64,000 nucleotides of DNA from an uncultured bacterium (GTDB taxonomy: Bacteria; Myxococcota_A; Polyangia; Polyangiales; Polyangiaceae): the NCBI GenBank assembly GCA_966249405.1, contig CBINDO010000007.1, positions 5,686 to 69,685 of the forward strand, in the 5' to 3' direction. A program made the translations under genes and the position numbers. The notes beneath the pieces were generated by a model. That model worked only from the letters and a program-made list of their open reading frames with translations, did not search any database and was not told where the DNA came from. Within the stretch, counting starts at the first letter, position 1. Every line of letters begins with the position of its first letter. This document shows positions 59,808-64,000 of the stretch, one piece after another.

Positions 59808-62342
59808 TCATGGTACCACGAGCGCTTCTTCGATCGTGATGACCGCTGGCCCCGTGTTGTACTTGTATCTCACCGTGCCCGCGGTAGTGCCATCGCTCGC
59901 CCCGTTCAAGACCACACGGAAGCTACGACGCGTCGTCGCGATGTCCTGCGGAATCGTCCAATAACCGTTGTTGTCGTCGAGATAGATGCGCATCTGGGTG
60001 ACACGCGAAGGGTCGAACGATTCGGTCCAGTTGATGTCGAGCTTGTTGTCGGGGTTCAGGAACTGGCAGACCCGACAACTGGGATCATCGGGTGGCTGCG
60101 GATAGACCCACGGTTCGGCGATTTCATCGGCGGTTTCTGGGTCGTCCGTGTTCAACTCGACGGGGATCGGCGTGTCGAGCTCGACAGCGGCGGTCAAAGG
60201 TGTGTCGAGCGATGGCGGCGAAGGGTCGCAGCCCATCGGGTTCTTGTCGGGATTGCCGTCACAAAGCACGATGTTCCGGACGGTGCCGCAAGCGGCGCCG
60301 CCGAAGCAAATGTCTGCCGCGTGTGGCGTGGCTTGACCTCGCTCGTAGAGCTGAGACGCGAGGTCGGACGCCCTGGCGTCTGCGCTGTGGGACCACAGAT
60401 GCGCGGCCACGCCGCTCACTGCCGCAGTGCTCATGGACGTGCCCGTCAACGTCGGGGTGTGATGAGGCGAGCCGTACGGTTCTTGTCTCACTACGTTCAG
60501 GCCCACCGTCGCTAGCAGCGGTAGACCTCGGCTGCGGCCCGTCATCAGCTCGCCGCCCTTCAAGTCCAAACCGCCGACGGCGTGGAGCAAGGGTGCACCT
60601 GCGCTCGGGTTGGCCCCGACGACGCCAAGCGCTTCGCATTCCGCTGCGGTGGGCGCCGGCAGCGTCGTCCATGCTGCCGGATAAATCGCCGTCTCGGGCG
60701 TAGCACTGCCGTACGGTGTGGTTCGGTTCCCCGCCGCTGCGAACACCAACGCGCCCGCGCAGTTGGCGTATTTCAGGCTTTCCAGCACGAGCTCCGGCGC
60801 GCCAGTCGTCGTAGAGCTCACGGCGCCGTTGGCGGCGACGGATGTCTGCGCGTCGCCGCCCCAGACCGGGTCCCAACCCGCGCTGATGTTGATGATCAAC
60901 CGCTCACCCGTCGTTGCGGCGACGGTCTTCCACTCATCGACGGCGCGTCGAACAGCGAGACCCAAGTCGGTCAGGGTGCCGGCGTGCCCGCCGTGAACGT
61001 CGTCGACGCCGATTGTGGCTGTTTCACCCGTGTGCGAGCCGAGGACGTTGAGGGCGAGGTAGCTGTGCACCTTCACCGGACACTCGTCCATCTTGTCGTA
61101 TTCGCTGCAAGCGGTATCCGCGATCACGAGGGCGACGGCGCGTCCGTGCAGGTTGTTGTCCGTGGGTTGTGTGGGCAAGCCCGTTTGGAGGTCGTATGGT
61201 GGGACACCGCTGGTGTCGATCACGGCGACTCTGACTGGGGTCGTCGCGCCGGCCTGCGTCGCTTGAACGACCGGCGCCTCGCCGGAGCTCGGCGGCGGCG
61301 GAACGCCCAGGTACTTGCGTCCGAGATCCGACAGTTGATTGCGCAGCTGTTCGAGGTCCGCCTCGGAGATGGTTTCGTCTGCAGCGCCACCCAAAACCGG
61401 GCCATCGAACGTTCGCCCTGCCGCCGAAGCGCCGGGAGGTGACTGGCCCGTCCACTCGCAAGAGCAGTAGCTCCCGACTTGTACACACTGCTTGGCGGAG
61501 GCGAGCTGGCGCTTCTCGACCTCTTGGCATGATGCGCGATACGCGGCGCGAGTGACCGGCATCTTGCGTCCCGCAAGGGCGCCCTGCCAGCCCGAGCTCA
61601 ACACGTGAGTTTCATCGAGCACGGTGACTTTGGCGTCGATGCACTCGACGTCGATCGACTCGGATACCGCGCACGCTGCATTGGCCGCCGTAACCGTAGC
61701 GGTCGCTGTCGACGTAGCACGTTTACATTGCGCTCGAAGGTTTTCGTTCGAGGGCGTGAAGTTCAAATCCTTGCTCTTCCAGATGGCACGCCCAGCCGCG
61801 CCTTTTTCATTGGCGGTCACGTAAAAGGGCTGACTCGTGAACTGCACCAAGGCGGGAACTTCGGGCTCGACCGCGGGACAACCGATTGCCTCGATTCGAG
61901 GCGCGGCTTCCATACACGCGTCGTCGCACGTCAATCGCAATGAAGCGCGGCCCGTTCCTCGGCTCGCGACGAGCACGGTGGCCGCTTGGCTGCATGTGTT
62001 CGCATCGTCTTTGGTGCGACCGGTGACGGTGGCGTGGTAGGTCCCTTCGGGTAGATCGTGAATCGTGCCGTCGAGCACCCGCTGGTACGGATCGACGACG
62101 AAACGATAGGCGCGACCGCTCGCCGGCGCGTGCTGATCGAGCTGAACAATCACCTCGGCGAGGTCGCTCGCGCAACCCTCTGTCTCGAGCGCTAGCCTGA
62201 AGTTCAACGGAGCTTTGGGGACTTCTCGGTGGCAGCTCCAAATCCCAGCCAACGTACCCAATCCCAGCGCGAAGCGCGCCGGTAACCTAGTCCTACCTAG
62301 AGGTGGGCTAATTTGCGTGCTCGGGCTAACAACTTCAGTCAT
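59808..62342 (-). CDS. Exported subtilisin-like serine protease (peptidase S8) with long N- and C-terminal extensions
   Basis: I chose the internal ATG at 62342. Signal peptide with lipobox-like site: LGLGTLAGIWSC. Catalytic residues: Asp in VRVAVIDTSG, His in NNLHGRAVALV, Asn in INISAGW, Ser in LTGTSMSTAAVSGVAAHLW. About 330 aa of beta-rich sequence precede the catalytic domain and about 150 aa follow it. Confidence 0.88.
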   Translation of the reverse strand: MTEVVSPSTQISPPLGRTRLPARFALGLGTLAGIWSCHREVPKAPLNFRLALETEGCASDLAEVIVQLDQHAPASGRAYRFVVDPYQRVLDGTIHDLPEGTYHATVTGRTKDDANTCSQAATVLVASRGTGRASLRLTCDDACMEAAPRIEAIGCPAVEPEVPALVQFTSQPFYVTANEKGAAGRAIWKSKDLNFTPSNENLRAQCKRATSTATATVTAANAACAVSESIDVECIDAKVTVLDETHVLSSGWQGALAGRKMPVTRAAYRASCQEVEKRQLASAKQCVQVGSYCSCEWTGQSPPGASAAGRTFDGPVLGGAADETISEADLEQLRNQLSDLGRKYLGVPPPPSSGEAPVVQATQAGATTPVRVAVIDTSGVPPYDLQTGLPTQPTDNNLHGRAVALVIADTACSEYDKMDECPVKVHSYLALNVLGSHTGETATIGVDDVHGGHAGTLTDLGLAVRRAVDEWKTVAATTGERLIINISAGWDPVWGGDAQTSVAANGAVSSTTTGAPELVLESLKYANCAGALVFAAAGNRTTPYGSATPETAIYPAAWTTLPAPTAAECEALGVVGANPSAGAPLLHAVGGLDLKGGELMTGRSRGLPLLATVGLNVVRQEPYGSPHHTPTLTGTSMSTAAVSGVAAHLWSHSADARASDLASQLYERGQATPHAADICFGGAACGTVRNIVLCDGNPDKNPMGCDPSPPSLDTPLTAAVELDTPIPVELNTDDPETADEIAEPWVYPQPPDDPSCRVCQFLNPDNKLDINWTESFDPSRVTQMRIYLDDNNGYWTIPQDIATTRRSFRVVLNGASDGTTAGTVRYKYNTGPAVITIEEALVVP

Positions 62343-62467
62343 GGATCTTCCTCGTCTCCCTTGTTTCACGGGTTGCCACGGCAGCATCGTCGGCTGGCCG
62401 GCGTTCAGCCTAACACAGTCCGGGCTCCGACCGAATAGTGGTTATTTGCCGGAGCAGTCACGCCTAG

Positions 62468-64000
62468 TTAACGCGACGCGTGGACTCGGTACGCCGACCA
62501 GTCCAACTCCGGCGCGGCTTCGCGGAGCCGAAGGCTGGCAGATTTCGTCGCCAAAGCCCAATCACTCACCGAGAAGGAAGTGAGCTCCGAATACAACGCG
62601 GCTCCGAAGCGCGCTGCCTGAGTGTCGGGAACTACGCGGTTTGGCGCAACCACGACCTCACTGCCCGCGGCCAACAACGCGTGGCTCATTCCCAAACCGC
62701 TTTCCGTATCGCTGCGTGTACGCGCCGCGTCACAGGCCGACAATACCGCGAACCGTGGTGAACCTCCGGCAGTGAGTGCGTCGGCGAGTCCTAGGTGGTC
62801 GTTGCCGGTCAGCCGCAGGGCGCTCTCCAGTCCGTCGATTCCTCCAAACTGCGCGTGTCCCGAGAAGTGGAGTAGGTCCACGCCACCCCAACGTTCGGTC
62901 AGCGCGGCTTTGGTAGCGTCGGTCTGCAGCAGGACGGTTTGACGAGGGGCTAGGTTACGCTCTGCGACCGCGAGCGCTTCCTCGCGCGCTACCGGGAGAT
63001 CGCCGTTCGGATCTCCGACAATCAACGCGGAGCTCAGCGCGCGCGCGGAGTCTCCGAGTGGTGTCGCCGCCGACTCATCGAGCACGTAGACGACTGGCAC
63101 ACGACTCAAGATGGGCGCTCCCCGATGCGCGAGAGCGTGCACGTCCAGCCCTTCCAGTACCGGGTGAACGATGACGCCCAACGTACACTCGAAGGCGCAC
63201 TTGCCCACGAGGCCCGGGACATGGTCGAACACTTCACGGAGTGCCTCGGCCCACGCCGCGGGCGAAGTCTTTTCATCGACGTTCGCGAGCACGAAGGTTT
63301 GCCACTGACCGCCAATCGAGAGGAACGCTCGCCAGTCCTCGGTCGCGCGTGCCAGCAACAGCGTCGTACGTGCCAAGGGCTCGTTCATGGTGTCTCGACT
63401 GGGTGAGACGAGGCTGGTCGCCAGCGCAGTATTGGCACGTCCGAGGGCGTTGCGAAGTTCTTGTAGCAAAACCTCGCGCTGGCGGACGGCGGCTTCGAGT
63501 TCGACCTTGGAGAGCTCCCAGTCGCGTGCCGATAGCTCTTCGAGTTTGACCTTCTGGGAACGGTAGTCCGAGACGGCTTGCTCCCACGCGACACGGCGCT
63601 CACCTCGAAGTGCTTGGATCCGGTTGGCTCTCCAAGTCGCGCCCAGCAATCGCAAGCGACCGCGCCGCGCTGCCGCGGCGGCCTCTCGGGCACTTCCCTG
63701 TCTCGACAGGATTTCGATGAGGGTCTGGGTGCCGCCCTCGAGTTGATACGCGAAGGCACGCTGGCCCTCTCCCAATGGCACCCATCGCACTAATTCGTCC
63801 GCGAGCTGCTCGACCTCGTCGAGGACTTCGAGCGCGCTGGTAACCTTTCCGCGCGCCGCGAGCGCGCGCGCTCGTTCGAGCTTTGCTGCGTGCAACAGGG
63901 CGCGGTCGCCGGATGCCGACGCGAGCGTCTCTGCACGTCGATATTGGTCGAGGGCTGCTTCCCATTGTGCTCGGCCGGCTCGGAGTCGCCCGCGGAACAG
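62468..64000 (-). CDS. TPR + CHAT-domain (caspase-like) protein, N-terminus outside the window
   Basis: CHAT dyad context: VDLLHFSGHAQFGG (His) and FAVLSACDAARTRS (Cys). The upstream part is helical and TPR-like. The frame stays open from the track's TTG at 63895 to base 64000 (LFRGRLRAGRAQWEAALDQYRRAETLASASGDRALL...). The gene is therefore 5'-partial. Confidence 0.85.
   Translation of the reverse strand: MFRGRLRAGRAQWEAALDQYRRAETLASASGDRALLHAAKLERARALAARGKVTSALEVLDEVEQLADELVRWVPLGEGQRAFAYQLEGGTQTLIEILSRQGSAREAAAAARRGRLRLLGATWRANRIQALRGERRVAWEQAVSDYRSQKVKLEELSARDWELSKVELEAAVRQREVLLQELRNALGRANTALATSLVSPSRDTMNEPLARTTLLLARATEDWRAFLSIGGQWQTFVLANVDEKTSPAAWAEALREVFDHVPGLVGKCAFECTLGVIVHPVLEGLDVHALAHRGAPILSRVPVVYVLDESAATPLGDSARALSSALIVGDPNGDLPVAREEALAVAERNLAPRQTVLLQTDATKAALTERWGGVDLLHFSGHAQFGGIDGLESALRLTGNDHLGLADALTAGGSPRFAVLSACDAARTRSDTESGLGMSHALLAAGSEVVVAPNRVVPDTQAARFGAALYSELTSFSVSDWALATKSASLRLREAAPELDWSAYRVHASR

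Noticed and set aside
1-64000. Scan of the whole window for mobile elements, prophage genes, rRNA, tRNA and CRISPR.
   Set aside because: I found no transposase, integrase, recombinase or phage-structural motifs in any frame. There are no long terminal inverted repeats, no rRNA-like conserved blocks and no spacer-repeat arrays. The window appears to be ordinary, if paralogue-rich, chromosome.

Overview
This is a GC-rich chromosomal segment with strong G/C bias at third codon positions. I count about 50 protein-coding genes. I see no rRNA, tRNA, CRISPR array, transposase or integrase. The gene content looks myxobacterial (Myxococcota, probably Polyangia-like); this is an inference from gene families, not a computed result. 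The supporting families are:
- two eukaryotic-like Ser/Thr kinases, each followed by a PEGA-type membrane protein and an exported lipoprotein
- a fibro-slime/PA14 protein flanked by ten CGDG...CDDGN Cys repeats
- MopE-like DCDD metal-motif repeats
- many exported Cys-rich lipoproteins
- nine histidine-kinase or receiver genes
- a sigma-54 enhancer-binding protein, an ECF sigma/anti-sigma pair and an RpoH-like sigma factor

Housekeeping-type units:
- a divergent LysR/SDR pair
- a translationally coupled regulator-modA-modB-modC molybdate uptake operon
- a Fur-family regulator
- a beta-CASP MBL RNase-like gene
- a Cho-like GIY-YIG nuclease
- a ClpP paralogue

Observations most worth follow-up:
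1. A duplicated two-gene module. A multi-HTH regulator of no family I recognise is followed by an exported protein. Both exported proteins share a CVCGVC Cys-rich head but carry different C-terminal cargo. One cargo is an SGNH domain whose catalytic His is Phe.
2. A TPR-CHAT protease gene next to an exported S8 subtilase and a 10-Cys lipoprotein.
3. Two paralogous beta-barrel-like proteins flanking a Gly-rich polytopic membrane protein.
4. An orphan ClpP with a Ser-His-Asn triad and no N-terminal axial-loop region.
5. An exported protein with a 55-residue Tyr/Gly/Trp stretch.
6. A secreted SGNH esterase gene broken by two compensating frameshifts.

Many long ORFs in the supplied track are antisense shadows of real genes and were rejected. 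Start codons are approximate throughout. The track's leading M is often GTG or TTG.
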